Shown in pieces: positions 19,969-30,627 of a stretch of 32,000 nt of DNA. Under the pieces are notes generated by a model. That model had not been told where the DNA came from. It saw nothing but the letters and a program-made list of their open reading frames with translations, and did not search any database. Both the position numbers and the translations under genes were made by a program. The DNA is from Candidatus Profftella armatura (lineage in GTDB: Bacteria; Pseudomonadota; Gammaproteobacteria; Burkholderiales; Burkholderiaceae), in NCBI RefSeq assembly GCF_000441555.1, contig NC_021885.1:90001-122000 (forward strand), in the 5' to 3' direction. The stretch's first letter is position 1. Every line of letters starts with the position of its first letter.

Positions 19969-20409
19969 ATGACTGTAAGTGCTTTCGCTCCATTTTATCG
20001 TTCTACTATTGGATTTGATCGTCTAGCACAAATTTTTGATAATGTTAGAACTGAAGCTCAACAAAGTTATCCGCCATACAATATAGAATTAGTTGATGAA
20101 AATAAATATCGTATAACTATGGCTATAGCTGGTTTTAATCGATCTGATTTAGAAATAGAAACAGAACGCGATACATTAAGAATAACTGGTCGAAAACAAG
20201 CCGATACACAACAAAGAAATTTCTTGCATCGTGGTATAGCTACTCGTAATTTTGAGCACCGTTTTCAATTAGCTGATCATGTTCATGTTGTAGCTGCATT
20301 TTTTGATCAAGGTATTTTAAATATAGATCTAATTAGAGAAGTTCCAGAAGCACTAAAACCTAGAAAAATATATATTAATACAACTAAAAATACAGATCGA
20401 ATAGAGTAA
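19969..20409 (+). CDS. ibpA: Small heat-shock protein, IbpA/IbpB (Hsp20, alpha-crystallin) family
   Basis: 146 aa, closely parallel to E. coli IbpA. Examples: YRSTIGFDRL vs YRSAIGFDRL, YPPYNIELVDENKYRITMAIAGF vs [23 protein letters not shown], and NFEHRFQLADH vs NFERKFQLAEN. It has a strong AAGGAG SD. Confidence 0.95.
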   Translation: MTVSAFAPFYRSTIGFDRLAQIFDNVRTEAQQSYPPYNIELVDENKYRITMAIAGFNRSDLEIETERDTLRITGRKQADTQQRNFLHRGIATRNFEHRFQLADHVHVVAAFFDQGILNIDLIREVPEALKPRKIYINTTKNTDRIE

Positions 20410-20415
20410 AACTAA

Positions 20416-20445
20416 ATACATCTAGTCTTTTAAGACTAGATGTAT
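20416..20445 (+). terminator. Stem-loop after the sHSP gene, a possible terminator or mRNA stabiliser with no U-tract
   Basis: A perfect 12-bp stem pairs atacatctagtc (20416-20427) with gactagatgtat (20434-20445). It begins 7 nt after the stop and is followed by an A-run, not a T-run. Confidence 0.45.
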
Positions 20446-20537
20446 AAAAAAAATACATTTAAAATAATGAATTTTTATTTTAAATATTAAAATCTAAATT
20501 AAAATCTTAAAAATTTTTAAAAAACTATAAAAATAAA

Positions 20538-20891
20538 ATGAATATATTTTTTAAAATTCTTATTTTTTTTCAAATAATTTCCGCTTTTACAATTATTAAT
20601 TTAATTATATTTCAATATAAAAAAAATATATGTTTTAATAGAGTAACAACTACTAATCCTAGTGTTTCTAATAGTTTCTTTGGATCTATTGGTTCTTTTA
20701 ATTTTATATTTAAATTAATTTTTATATTTTCTGCATTATTTTTTTTATCAACAATGTGTTTAACATATCTTAGTAAACAAAAAATAAATAATAATACAAT
20801 AAATCATTTTTATAAACAGTTAAATTCTTCTAAAATATCATCTACTTACTCAGATAATCATAATATAAAGATAAAAAATAATAAAAAATAA
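20538..20891 (+). CDS. secG: Preprotein translocase subunit SecG
   Basis: 117 aa with two hydrophobic helices flanking FFGSIGSFNF (compare E. coli LFGSSGSGNF). It is followed directly by tRNA-Leu(GAG), as in the E. coli secG-leuU unit. It carries a K/N-rich C-terminal tail. Confidence 0.8.
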   Translation: MNIFFKILIFFQIISAFTIINLIIFQYKKNICFNRVTTTNPSVSNSFFGSIGSFNFIFKLIFIFSALFFLSTMCLTYLSKQKINNNTINHFYKQLNSSKISSTYSDNHNIKIKNNKK

Positions 20892-20942
20892 AATATTTGT
20901 ATTATAATTAATTGTATTATAATTAATTTTAAAATTATTACT

Positions 20943-21029
20943 GCCGACGTGGTGAAATGGTAGACACGCTATCTTGAGGGGGTAGTAGCTATTAAAGCTG
21001 TATGAGTTCAAATCTCATCGTCGGCACCA
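20943..21029 (+). tRNA. leuU: tRNA-Leu (anticodon GAG), type II with a long variable arm, CCA encoded
   Basis: Hand-folded cloverleaf. Acceptor: GCCGACG / CGTCGGC. D-arm: GTGAAATGGTAGACAC. Anticodon stem: CTATC / GGTAG with loop TTGAGGG. Variable arm: 15 nt. T-arm: ATGAG-TTCAAAT-CTCAT. 3' end: ACCA. Confidence 0.93.
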
Positions 21030-21071
21030 AATAAAATATTAACATAACTTTTAATCATAAAATTATAAATC

Positions 21072-21431
21072 GTGAATTTAAAAAATTTTTTTCCTATTTT
21101 TTTGTTTATTGTTATTGGTATAATTATTGGTATTTTACCTCAAATAATGGGGCGTATTTTAGGTCCATATAAACCTAATCCACAAAAAAATTCTCCATAT
21201 GAATGTGGTTTTAAGGAATTTGGTGGTATACCAATAAAATTTGATGTGCGTTATTATCTTATAGCAATTTTTTTTATTTTATTTGATCTAGAGACTATTT
21301 TTTTTTTTCCATGGGGGGTAGTTATGCGTGATCTTAATGCCTATGGTTTTATGTCTATGATAATATTTATTATTGAATTTATAATTAGTTTTTTATATAT
21401 TTGGAAAAAAGGTGCTTTAGACTGGGAATAA
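21072..21431 (+). CDS. nuoA: NADH-quinone oxidoreductase subunit A
   Basis: 119 aa with a GTG start, three TM helices, and the conserved YECGF and FDLE motifs. Confidence 0.93.
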   Translation: MNLKNFFPIFLFIVIGIIIGILPQIMGRILGPYKPNPQKNSPYECGFKEFGGIPIKFDVRYYLIAIFFILFDLETIFFFPWGVVMRDLNAYGFMSMIIFIIEFIISFLYIWKKGALDWE

Positions 21432-21434
21432 ATT

Positions 21435-21911
21435 ATGTCAATTAAAAATGTATTTAAACATGGATTTATAACTCTTACCTTAGATAAATTAATTAATTGG
21501 ACTCGTACTAGCTCAATGTGGCCAATGACTTTTGGACTTGCTTGTTGTGCTATTGAAATGATGCATGCTGGCGCCTCACGATATGATTTAGATCGCTTTG
21601 GTATTATGTTTCGTCCATCTCCACGCCAATCAGATGTAATGATTGTAGCTGGAACATTATGTAATAAAATGGCGCCAGCTTTACGAAAAGTTTATGATCA
21701 AATGACTGAACCAAAATGGGTAATTTCCATGGGTTCTTGTGCAAATGGTGGCGGTTATTATCATTACTCTTATTCTGTGGTAAGAGGTTGTGATCGAATT
21801 GTTCCGGTAGATGTATATATTCCAGGATGCCCCCCAACTGCAGAAGCCTTGTTATATGGTATTATTCAATTGCAAAATAAAATTAAACGGACTAATATTA
21901 TTAATCGTTAA
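21435..21911 (+). CDS. nuoB: NADH-quinone oxidoreductase subunit B
   Basis: 158 aa. N2 cluster ligands are present: [20 protein letters not shown] and PGCPP. Confidence 0.97.
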   Translation: MSIKNVFKHGFITLTLDKLINWTRTSSMWPMTFGLACCAIEMMHAGASRYDLDRFGIMFRPSPRQSDVMIVAGTLCNKMAPALRKVYDQMTEPKWVISMGSCANGGGYYHYSYSVVRGCDRIVPVDVYIPGCPPTAEALLYGIIQLQNKIKRTNIINR

Positions 21912-21918
21912 ATAAACC

Positions 21919-22539
21919 ATGATTACAAAATTAAAAAAATTAGAATTCACATTAAAAGATATACTAGGTAAATATTTACAAAAATTAATTATAAGTTTAA
22001 ATGAAATTACAATTATAATTAATGCTATAGATTATTATTCTACAATGAAAATATTACGAGATCATGTTAATTTTAGATTTGAACAATTAATTGATTTATG
22101 TGGTATTGATTATTCTATATATAATAAAAATATTAATTCTGATAATTCTAATAAAAATCTACGATTTGCAATAGTATTACATTTATTATCATTAAATTAT
22201 AATTGGAGATTACGTGTTCGAGTGTTTGCCGAAAATAATGAATTACCAAGATTACATTCAATAACTTCATTATGGTCTTCTGCAAATTGGTATGAGCGTG
22301 AAGCATTTGATTTATTTGGAATTTTTTTTGATGGACATGATGATTTGCGTCGTTTGTTAACGGATTATGGTTTTGTAGGACACCCTTTTCGAAAAGATTT
22401 TCCAGTTATAGGTTATGTTGAAATGAAATATAATACACAAGAATCTCGAATAATTTATCAACCTGTCACAATTGAATCGCGTGAAAATTATCCGCGTATA
22501 ACAAAAAATAGAAAAAATAAAAAATATAATATAGATTAA
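21919..22539 (+). CDS. nuoC: NADH-quinone oxidoreductase subunit C
   Basis: 206 aa containing [26 protein letters not shown] and PFRKDFP. It is separate from nuoD, not the fused nuoCD of enterics. Confidence 0.95.
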   Translation: MITKLKKLEFTLKDILGKYLQKLIISLNEITIIINAIDYYSTMKILRDHVNFRFEQLIDLCGIDYSIYNKNINSDNSNKNLRFAIVLHLLSLNYNWRLRVRVFAENNELPRLHSITSLWSSANWYEREAFDLFGIFFDGHDDLRRLLTDYGFVGHPFRKDFPVIGYVEMKYNTQESRIIYQPVTIESRENYPRITKNRKNKKYNID

Positions 22540-22563
22540 ATATTAAAAATAAATTTAAAAATA

Positions 22564-23817
22564 ATGTTAGAAATTAAAAGTTATAAATTAAATTTTGGTC
22601 CACAACATCCTGCTGCACATGGTGTATTACGATTAATATTAGAGCTTGAAGGAGAGGTAGTAAGAAAAGCGGATCCTCATATTGGTTTATTGCATCGTGC
22701 AACTGAAAAATTAGCCGAACAAAGAACTTATTTACAATCATTACCATATATGGATCGTCTTGATTATGTTTCTATGATGTGTAATGAGCATGCATATGTT
22801 ATGGCTATTGAAAAATTACTAAATATTAAAATACCAATACGTGCTCAATATATTAGAGTAATGTTTGATGAAATTACAAGATTATTAAATCATTTAATGT
22901 GGATTGGTTCGCATAGTTTAGATATTGGAGCTATGGGAGTTTTATTATATGCTTTTCGCGAAAGAGAAGATTTACTGGATTGCTATGAAGCGGTTTCTGG
23001 AGCTAGAATGCATGCTGCCTATTATAGGCCTGGTGGAGTATATCGTGATCTACCAGAAATAATGCCTCAATATAAATCATCAATTATTCGAAATAATAAA
23101 GCAACTAAAATTCTTAATGAAAATAGACAGGGTTCTTTATTGGATTTTATAGAAGATTTTACGAATCGTTTTCCTAAAAATATTGATGAATATGAAACAT
23201 TATTAACAGATAATCGTATTTGGAAACAACGTTTAGTTGGAATTGGAGTAGTTTCTCCAGAGCGGGCATTATCAATGGGATTTACCGGTCCTATGTTACG
23301 TGGATCTGGGGTTAAGTGGGATTTGCGTAAAAAACAACCTTATGAAATTTATAATTTACTTAATTTTGATATTCCTATTGGAAAAAATGGTGATTCATAT
23401 GATCGTTATTTAGTAAGAATAGAAGAAATGCGTCAGTCCAATAAAATTATTAAACAATGTATTAAATGGTTAAGAAGTAATAAAGGCCCAGTAATTTCAA
23501 ATAATAATAAAATTACTTCTCCTGCTCGCATTAATATGAAATCGAATATGGAAGATCTTATTCATCATTTTAAATTATTTACAGAGGGTTTTTATGTTCC
23601 TTTAGGTGAGATATATTCTTGTGTTGAACATCCAAAAGGTGAATTTGGTATTTATTTAGTATCAGATGGAGCGAATAAACCATATCGGATTAAAATTCGA
23701 TCTCCTGGTTTTGCGCATTTACAAAGTTTAAGTGAAATGATATCTGGACATATGATTTCTGACGTTGTAACTATTATTGGTACACAGGATATTGTGTTTG
23801 GAGAGATTGATCGTTAA
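22564..23817 (+). CDS. nuoD: NADH-quinone oxidoreductase subunit D
   Basis: 417 aa containing [26 protein letters not shown] and a C-terminal GEIDR. Confidence 0.97.
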   Translation: MLEIKSYKLNFGPQHPAAHGVLRLILELEGEVVRKADPHIGLLHRATEKLAEQRTYLQSLPYMDRLDYVSMMCNEHAYVMAIEKLLNIKIPIRAQYIRVMFDEITRLLNHLMWIGSHSLDIGAMGVLLYAFREREDLLDCYEAVSGARMHAAYYRPGGVYRDLPEIMPQYKSSIIRNNKATKILNENRQGSLLDFIEDFTNRFPKNIDEYETLLTDNRIWKQRLVGIGVVSPERALSMGFTGPMLRGSGVKWDLRKKQPYEIYNLLNFDIPIGKNGDSYDRYLVRIEEMRQSNKIIKQCIKWLRSNKGPVISNNNKITSPARINMKSNMEDLIHHFKLFTEGFYVPLGEIYSCVEHPKGEFGIYLVSDGANKPYRIKIRSPGFAHLQSLSEMISGHMISDVVTIIGTQDIVFGEIDR

Positions 23818-23859
23818 AAATTAATTTATTTATCTTTATATAAAATTCTATAAATTAAA

Positions 23860-24348
23860 ATGTTATTAAGCGAAGAAGCATATAAAAAAATTGATGAAGA
23901 AGTAAAAAAATACCCTATTAATAAACAAAAATCCGCGGTTATAGCGGCACTGGCTATAGCTCAAGAGGAAAAAAAATGGTTATCTCCTGAAATACAAAAA
24001 GATATTGCAAATTACTTAAATATACCTCCAATTGCTGTATATGAGATAGCTACTTTTTATAGTATGTTCCACACTAACCCGGTTGGTAAATATACGATTA
24101 CAATATGCACAAATTTGCCTTGTATTTTAGCGGGTAGTTTAAAATCTATGAAATATTTAATTCAAAAATTAAATATTAATTTTCCAAAACAAATTACTAC
24201 AAATGATTATTTTTTTACATTAATTGAATCTGAATGTATGGGGGCATGTGGTGACGCTCCAGTAATTTTAATAAATAATAAACGAATGTGTAGCTATATG
24301 TCTATAAAAAAAATAGATATTCTTTTAAAAGAACTAAAAAGTTTATAA
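23860..24348 (+). CDS. nuoE: NADH-quinone oxidoreductase subunit E
   Basis: 162 aa. 2Fe-2S ligands follow the pattern C-x4-C ... C-x3-C ([17 protein letters not shown]). Confidence 0.95.
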   Translation: MLLSEEAYKKIDEEVKKYPINKQKSAVIAALAIAQEEKKWLSPEIQKDIANYLNIPPIAVYEIATFYSMFHTNPVGKYTITICTNLPCILAGSLKSMKYLIQKLNINFPKQITTNDYFFTLIESECMGACGDAPVILINNKRMCSYMSIKKIDILLKELKSL

Positions 24349-24359
24349 AGGAAATTAAG

Positions 24360-25655
24360 ATGACCAGTTTACATAATCGCCATATTAATCCTTTAATATT
24401 AGCTAATCTTAATGGTAAAAATTGGGGTTTAACGGATTATATTAAACGAGGAGGTTATAAATCTATAAAATATATTTTAGAAAAAAAAATTACACCAGAG
24501 CAAATAATTTCTGAGTTAAAAGTTTCTTCTTTACGCGGAAGAGGAGGAGCTGGTTTTCCTACTGGATTAAAATGGAGTTTTATACCACGTGAAATTTCTG
24601 GGCAAAAATATCTTATTTGTAATAGTGATGAAGGTGAACCAGGTACATTTAAAGACAGAGATATTTTACGTTATAATCCTCATGCCTTAATCGAAGGAAT
24701 GATTATTGGTGGTTATGCAATGGGTATTACAATTGGTTACAATTATATTCATGGAGAAATTTGGGAAGAATATATTCGATTTCAAGAAGCATTAAAAGAA
24801 GCATACACTTTTGGTGTATTAGGAAATAATATTTTAAATACTAATTTTAGTTTTCAAATATATGCACACCATAGTTATGGTGCATATATTTGTGGAGAAG
24901 AAACAGCATTATTAGAATCTTTAGAGGGAAAAAAAGGAACACCACGTTTTAAACCACCATTTCCTGCTAATTTTGGTTTGTATGGTAAACCAACTATTAT
25001 TAATAATACTGAAACATTAGCTTCTATTCCATTTATTTTTTTAATTGGTGCTAAGCAATATTCTAAAATTGGTAAACCTAATAATGGCGGAACTAAAATT
25101 TTTTCTGTTTCTGGTGATATTAATTATCCAGGTAATTATGAGATACCATTAGGAACTCCTTTTTCTCGTTTACTTAAATTATCAGGAGGTATGCGAAATG
25201 GAAAAAAAATTAAAGCCGTTATTCCGGGAGGATCATCATCACCAGTTATTCTAGGTGATGTTATGATGAAAATAGATATGGATTATGATTCAATTTCACA
25301 AGCTGGGTCAATGTTAGGATCCGGGGGTGTAATTGTTATAAATGAAACGCGATGTATAGTTAAATCTTTATTACGTTTATCTCGTTTTTATTATTTAGAA
25401 TCATGTGGGCAATGTACACCATGTCGAGAAGGAGTCGGGTGGATGTATCGTATCATTAATCGTATTGAGAATGGAAATGGAAATTTAGAAGATTTAAATT
25501 TATTAAATTCTATAGCAGATAATATTCAAGGACATACTATTTGTGCATTAGGTGATGCCGCCTCAATGCCAGTACGTTCTTTTATTAAAAATTATTATGA
25601 AGAATTTAAATATCATATTACCAATAAATGTTGTTTAGTATCAGATAATTTATAA
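24360..25655 (+). CDS. nuoF: NADH-quinone oxidoreductase subunit F
   Basis: 431 aa with the FMN/NADH motifs [10 protein letters not shown] and [14 protein letters not shown], and the 4Fe-4S motif [12 protein letters not shown]. Confidence 0.97.
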   Translation: MTSLHNRHINPLILANLNGKNWGLTDYIKRGGYKSIKYILEKKITPEQIISELKVSSLRGRGGAGFPTGLKWSFIPREISGQKYLICNSDEGEPGTFKDRDILRYNPHALIEGMIIGGYAMGITIGYNYIHGEIWEEYIRFQEALKEAYTFGVLGNNILNTNFSFQIYAHHSYGAYICGEETALLESLEGKKGTPRFKPPFPANFGLYGKPTIINNTETLASIPFIFLIGAKQYSKIGKPNNGGTKIFSVSGDINYPGNYEIPLGTPFSRLLKLSGGMRNGKKIKAVIPGGSSSPVILGDVMMKIDMDYDSISQAGSMLGSGGVIVINETRCIVKSLLRLSRFYYLESCGQCTPCREGVGWMYRIINRIENGNGNLEDLNLLNSIADNIQGHTICALGDAASMPVRSFIKNYYEEFKYHITNKCCLVSDNL

Positions 25656-25713
25656 TATTGTCAATATTATTTATTAATTTAGTTTAATTTAAACTTTAAA
25701 TTTTAAAAATCAA

Positions 25714-28086
25714 ATGATGATTGAAATTGAAATAAATGGAAAAAAAATAAATATTACTAAAAAAAGTATGATATTAGAGGTTGCAAATAAATTTGGTATT
25801 TATATTCCACATTTTTGTTATCATAAAAAATTAACTATTGCAGCAAACTGTAGAATGTGTTTAGTGGAAATAGAGGGAATAAATAAGTTATTACCAGCTT
25901 GTGCAACTCAGGTTTCATCTGGAATGAAAATTCATACAATTAGTGATAAAATAATAAAAGCACAACAAAATGTCATGGAATTTTTGCTTATAAATCATCC
26001 ATTGGATTGTCCAATTTGTGATAAAGCGGGGGAATGTAAATTACAAGATTTTTCTGTTGAATACGGTAAATCTATTTCACGTTATAAAGAGGAAAAACGT
26101 TTAATATCCCCAAAAAATGTAGGATCACTAATTTCAATGAAAGAAATGAATCGCTGTATTTATTGTAGTCGCTGTATTCGTTTTGGACAGGAAATTGCTG
26201 GTTTAATGGAATTAGGAGTGATAGGACGAGGGGAATATTCTGAAGTTACTACTTTTATTGGGGAATCTATTAATTCTGAATTATCTGGAAATATGATTGA
26301 TTTATGTCCTGTTGGTGCATTAACATCAAAACCATTTCGATATAAAATAAGAACCTGGGAATTATTAAATTATAAATCTATTAGTCCGCATGATAGTTTA
26401 GGATCTAATTTAAATATACATGTAAAAAAAAATAAAATAATGAGAGTACTACCATTAGAAAATGAAGAATTAAATGAATGCTGGATTTCTGATAAAGACC
26501 GATTTTCTTATGAGGGACTTATTTCCTCTGATCGTTTAATAAAACCAATGATTAAAAGAAATAATAAATGGATCGAAACAAGTTGGTCATCTGCGCTAGA
26601 ATATATTGCGAAAAATTTACGAAATATTATAACAAAATATGGAACTGATTCTATTGCTGCACTTACAACATCTATATCAACACTTGAGGAATTAATATTA
26701 TTACAAAAGATAATACGAGGATTGGGTTCTGAAAATATTGATTTTCGTTTACGACAATTGGATTTTTCTTTAGATAATACAATTATACCATGGTTAGGTA
26801 TGTCAATTTCAGAATTATCTCAATTAAATCATGTTTTAATTATAGGATCTTTCTTAAGAAAAGATCATCCATTATTTGCCGCAAGATTACGTTATGCCGC
26901 TAAAAATGGGGCTTGTATTAATTTATTGCATGCTACTGATGATGACTTATTAATACCAATAACTAATAAAATTATTATAGCGCCATCTAAATGGTTAGAA
27001 ACCTTAAATCAAATAATTGTTTCTATTGCTATAAAAAAATCAATTGATATTCCAAATCATTTAATTGAAATTAAAGTTTCGAAAATTTCCGAATTAATTG
27101 CCGATGATTTATTATCTAATGGATTAAAATCAGTATTACTTGGAAATACACTTTCTCAACATCCAAATTCTTCTCAATTACATATTGCGGCTCAATGGAT
27201 TGCTACACAAACTAATTCTAAATTTGGCTATTTTTTGGAAGGAGCTAATACTGTAGGCGGATATATAGCTAATGCTTTTCCAAATAAATATGGTATCAAT
27301 GCTCATCAATTATTATATTCACCTAGAAAATCTTATTTATTACTTAATTCTGAATTACAACTTGATTGCGCTAATCCTCAAACAGCATTAAATTCTTTAA
27401 AACAAGCAGAGTTAGTAATAATTATGTCTCCATATAAACATAACTTAGACTATGCCCATGTATTATTGCCAATCGCTCCATTTACAGAAAATTCTGGAAC
27501 CTTTATTAACGCAGAAGGTCGCATACAAAATTTTTCAAACGTAATAAAACCATTAGGTCAAACACGACCCGCATGGGAAGTATTAAAAATATTAGGTAAT
27601 TTATTAAAATTATCAAATTTTGATTATAGTAGTTCAAAAGAAATTTACAAAGATTTTATTAAAAACATTAATAATGTAAAAAATCGTTTAAATAATATTG
27701 TTCCTAATGAAATTATAAATACTTTAATTAATAAATATAACTATACTTTATCAAAAAATTATACTTCATCGACATTATTAAATAATCTTGAACGTGTTTC
27801 TGATATACCAATTTATTTTACTGATTCTATTGTAAGAAGAGCATTATCTTTACAAAAAACTAATGATGCAAATATGCCATTAGCTTGGTTATCAAAAATG
27901 ATATCAAAAAAATTAAAAATAATTAAAAATGATCGAGTTAAAATTAAACAAGATCAATACAGTATCGAATTAAATGTCGCAATTGATAATAAATTACCAG
28001 ATAATGTAATACGTATATCAGCTGGTCATAATAGTACTATTGCCTTAAATAAAATGTTTGGAAAAATTACATTGGAGAAAATATGA
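25714..28086 (+). CDS. nuoG: NADH-quinone oxidoreductase subunit G
   Basis: 790 aa with an N-terminal 2Fe-2S region (CRMCLVE), [28 protein letters not shown], and a molybdopterin-oxidoreductase-like C-terminal part. Its TGA stop overlaps the nuoH ATG. Confidence 0.96.
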   Translation: MMIEIEINGKKINITKKSMILEVANKFGIYIPHFCYHKKLTIAANCRMCLVEIEGINKLLPACATQVSSGMKIHTISDKIIKAQQNVMEFLLINHPLDCPICDKAGECKLQDFSVEYGKSISRYKEEKRLISPKNVGSLISMKEMNRCIYCSRCIRFGQEIAGLMELGVIGRGEYSEVTTFIGESINSELSGNMIDLCPVGALTSKPFRYKIRTWELLNYKSISPHDSLGSNLNIHVKKNKIMRVLPLENEELNECWISDKDRFSYEGLISSDRLIKPMIKRNNKWIETSWSSALEYIAKNLRNIITKYGTDSIAALTTSISTLEELILLQKIIRGLGSENIDFRLRQLDFSLDNTIIPWLGMSISELSQLNHVLIIGSFLRKDHPLFAARLRYAAKNGACINLLHATDDDLLIPITNKIIIAPSKWLETLNQIIVSIAIKKSIDIPNHLIEIKVSKISELIADDLLSNGLKSVLLGNTLSQHPNSSQLHIAAQWIATQTNSKFGYFLEGANTVGGYIANAFPNKYGINAHQLLYSPRKSYLLLNSELQLDCANPQTALNSLKQAELVIIMSPYKHNLDYAHVLLPIAPFTENSGTFINAEGRIQNFSNVIKPLGQTRPAWEVLKILGNLLKLSNFDYSSSKEIYKDFIKNINNVKNRLNNIVPNEIINTLINKYNYTLSKNYTSSTLLNNLERVSDIPIYFTDSIVRRALSLQKTNDANMPLAWLSKMISKKLKIIKNDRVKIKQDQYSIELNVAIDNKLPDNVIRISAGHNSTIALNKMFGKITLEKI

Positions 28087-29114
28087 TTTTTAATCAATAT
28101 TTATTAGACTTTTTTCAAATTTTTTTCAAAATAATTTTAACTGTATTAATATTATTATTATCCGTGGCATATTTAACTTATTTGGAGAGAAAATTAATTG
28201 GATGGATGCATGCTCGAATTGGGCCTAATCGTGTTGGTTTTTTGGGTTTATTACAACCAATTGCTGATACATTAAAGTTACTTTTAAAAGAAATTACAGT
28301 ACCTAAAAAAGCTAATAAATTTTTATTTTTTTTAGCTCCAATTATAAGTATAATGCCAGCAATAGCTGTTTGGTCTATTATTCCATTTAGTCCAGAATAT
28401 GTGTTTTCTAATATAAATTCTGGATTATTATTTATTATGACTATTACTTCAATAGAAATTTATGGTGTAATTATTGCTGGATGGTCTTCAAATTCAAAAT
28501 ATGCATTTCTTGGATCTATGCGAGCATCAGCTCAAATGATATCATATGAGATAGTAATGGGATTTTGTTTAGTTATTATTCTTATGGTAACTGGAAGTTT
28601 AAATTTAACAAAAATAGTTATTAATCAAAATAATGGTTATTTTTCTAATATAGGTTTAAGTTTTTTATCATGGAATTGGTTATCATTATTTCCAATTTTT
28701 ATAATTTATATTATATCTTGTATTGCAGAAACAAATCGTCATCCATTTGATATAGTAGAGGGTGAATCAGAAATAGTTGCTGGGTATATGATTGAGTATT
28801 CAGGAATGTCTTTTGCTATTTTTTTCTTAGCTGAATATGCTAATATGATTTTATCTGGAATATTAATATCATTATTATTTTTAGGTGGATGGATAGCACC
28901 ATTAAAAATATTAAATTTTATTCCATTTTGGATTTGGTTAGGAATTAAAACATTTTTTATTTTATTTATATTTATTTGGATTAGAGCATCATTTCCTCGT
29001 TATCGTTATGATCAAATTATGCGTTTAGGTTGGAAAATATTTATACCAATAATTTTATTTTTTTTAATTATTTATGCGTTTTGGATTAAAAGTCCTTTAA
29101 ATATTTGGAAATAA
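28083..29114 (+). CDS. nuoH: NADH-quinone oxidoreductase subunit H
   Basis: 343 aa, polytopic, containing [18 protein letters not shown] and [16 protein letters not shown]. There is a 4-nt ATGA overlap with nuoG. Confidence 0.96.
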   Translation: MIFNQYLLDFFQIFFKIILTVLILLLSVAYLTYLERKLIGWMHARIGPNRVGFLGLLQPIADTLKLLLKEITVPKKANKFLFFLAPIISIMPAIAVWSIIPFSPEYVFSNINSGLLFIMTITSIEIYGVIIAGWSSNSKYAFLGSMRASAQMISYEIVMGFCLVIILMVTGSLNLTKIVINQNNGYFSNIGLSFLSWNWLSLFPIFIIYIISCIAETNRHPFDIVEGESEIVAGYMIEYSGMSFAIFFLAEYANMILSGILISLLFLGGWIAPLKILNFIPFWIWLGIKTFFILFIFIWIRASFPRYRYDQIMRLGWKIFIPIILFFLIIYAFWIKSPLNIWK

Positions 29115-29161
29115 AATTTTTATAAACAAATTGATTAATTTTTATAAATTGTATAAATGAA

Positions 29162-29650
29162 ATGAAAAAAATTAAAAATTTTTTAAAAAGTATAATGTTA
29201 ATTGAATTAATTAAAGGATTGATATTAACTGGACGTTACTTATTTTCAAAAAAAATTACGATTCAATATCCAGAAGAAAAAACACCCCAATCGCCACGTT
29301 TTCGTGGATTACATGCATTACGTCGTTATCCGAATGGAGAGGAACGTTGTATTGCTTGTAAATTATGTGAAACAATTTGTCCTTCTATGGCTATTACAAT
29401 TGAATCTGAAGAACGATTTGATGGATCAAGGCGAACTAAACGTTATGACATTGATTTAACTAAATGCATTTTTTGTGGATTATGTGAAGAATCTTGTCCA
29501 GTTGATTCAATTGTTGAAACACATATTATAGAATATTATGGGGAAAAACGTAATGACTTATATTACACAAAAGAAATGTTATTAAAAATCGGTGATAAAT
29601 ATGAAAAAGAAATTTCAAAAACAAAAACTCTAGATTCATTATATCGTTAA
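29162..29650 (+). CDS. nuoI: NADH-quinone oxidoreductase subunit I
   Basis: 162 aa with two 4Fe-4S ferredoxin motifs, [12 protein letters not shown] and [12 protein letters not shown]. Confidence 0.97.
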   Translation: MKKIKNFLKSIMLIELIKGLILTGRYLFSKKITIQYPEEKTPQSPRFRGLHALRRYPNGEERCIACKLCETICPSMAITIESEERFDGSRRTKRYDIDLTKCIFCGLCEESCPVDSIVETHIIEYYGEKRNDLYYTKEMLLKIGDKYEKEISKTKTLDSLYR

Positions 29651-29671
29651 TTAAACTAAAAATAAAAAATT

Positions 29672-30274
29672 ATGGAATTTCAAAGTATTTTATTTTACAT
29701 ATTAAGTATAATAACAATAATATCTTCACTATGTATTGGAATTGTTAAAAATACAGTGCATTCTGCATTATTTTTAATTCTTTCTTTTTTTTCTTCTGCT
29801 GGTTTATGGGCTCTCTTAAATGCTGAATTTTTATCTCTTATATTAATACTAATTTATGTTGGCGCTATCATGATATTATTTTTATTTATAATCATGATGT
29901 TAGATTTAAATATTCATAAAAATAGTAAAAATTTATTAAACTTTTTAATATTAACAGTAATATTAGGTTTTTTAATGGCATTTAAAATGATAAAAATATT
30001 ACTTAATGGATTTTTAATTAATAATTTTTATAAAAAAAAAATATTAATAATTTCAAATTCTATTGGTTCTGTAAAAGAACTTGGTCTCTTAATTTATAGT
30101 AAATATATATATATATTTGAAGTTGCCTCTGTAATTTTGCTAGCAACAACAATTTCTGTTACTATACTTACATTACGTTCTCGAAAGGATAGAAAATACT
30201 ACTCTTCTTCAGACGCAATTAAAGTTCAGTCTAGCGATCGAGTTCGTGTTATCAAAATGAAATCTGAAAAGTAA
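29672..30274 (+). CDS. nuoJ: NADH-quinone oxidoreductase subunit J
   Basis: 200 aa, hydrophobic, containing LILIYVGAIMILFLFIIMM. It sits between nuoI and nuoK. Confidence 0.9.
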   Translation: MEFQSILFYILSIITIISSLCIGIVKNTVHSALFLILSFFSSAGLWALLNAEFLSLILILIYVGAIMILFLFIIMMLDLNIHKNSKNLLNFLILTVILGFLMAFKMIKILLNGFLINNFYKKKILIISNSIGSVKELGLLIYSKYIYIFEVASVILLATTISVTILTLRSRKDRKYYSSSDAIKVQSSDRVRVIKMKSEK

Positions 30275-30291
30275 TTATATAAAGGTAATAT

Positions 30292-30600
30292 ATGATTTTT
30301 TCTCTTATGCATTATTTTGTTTTAAGCGCTATATTATTTACAATCTCTATTATTGGTATTCTTATGAATCGCGAAAATGTTATAATTTTTTTAATGGAAA
30401 TAGAGATAATGTTATTAGCTATTAATACAAATTTAATTGCTTTTTCATGTTATCATAACAATTCAGATGGAATGATTTTTGTATTTTTTATTCTGACTAT
30501 GGCTGCAGCAGAATCAGCAATAGGTTTTGCTATTTTAATAACACTTTTTCGTCATTTTAAAACTATTAATATAAATTTTTTTAAAAATCTTAAAGATTAA
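30292..30600 (+). CDS. nuoK: NADH-quinone oxidoreductase subunit K
   Basis: 102 aa with three TM helices and the conserved [13 protein letters not shown] segment. Confidence 0.93.
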   Translation: MIFSLMHYFVLSAILFTISIIGILMNRENVIIFLMEIEIMLLAINTNLIAFSCYHNNSDGMIFVFFILTMAAAESAIGFAILITLFRHFKTININFFKNLKD

Positions 30601-30627
30601 TTTTAATAATATATAATAGGAATGTTA

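Noticed and set aside
21604-21837. 77-aa minus-strand ORF inside nuoB
   Set aside because: It is antisense to the highly conserved Fe-S ligand region of nuoB and looks like a shadow ORF.
28081-28086. Alternative genetic code (UGA read as Trp), as in some tiny beta-proteobacterial symbionts
   Set aside because: Conserved Trp positions use TGG. All ORFs reach expected lengths under the standard code. nuoG ends on TGA exactly at the expected C-terminus, where it overlaps the nuoH ATG.
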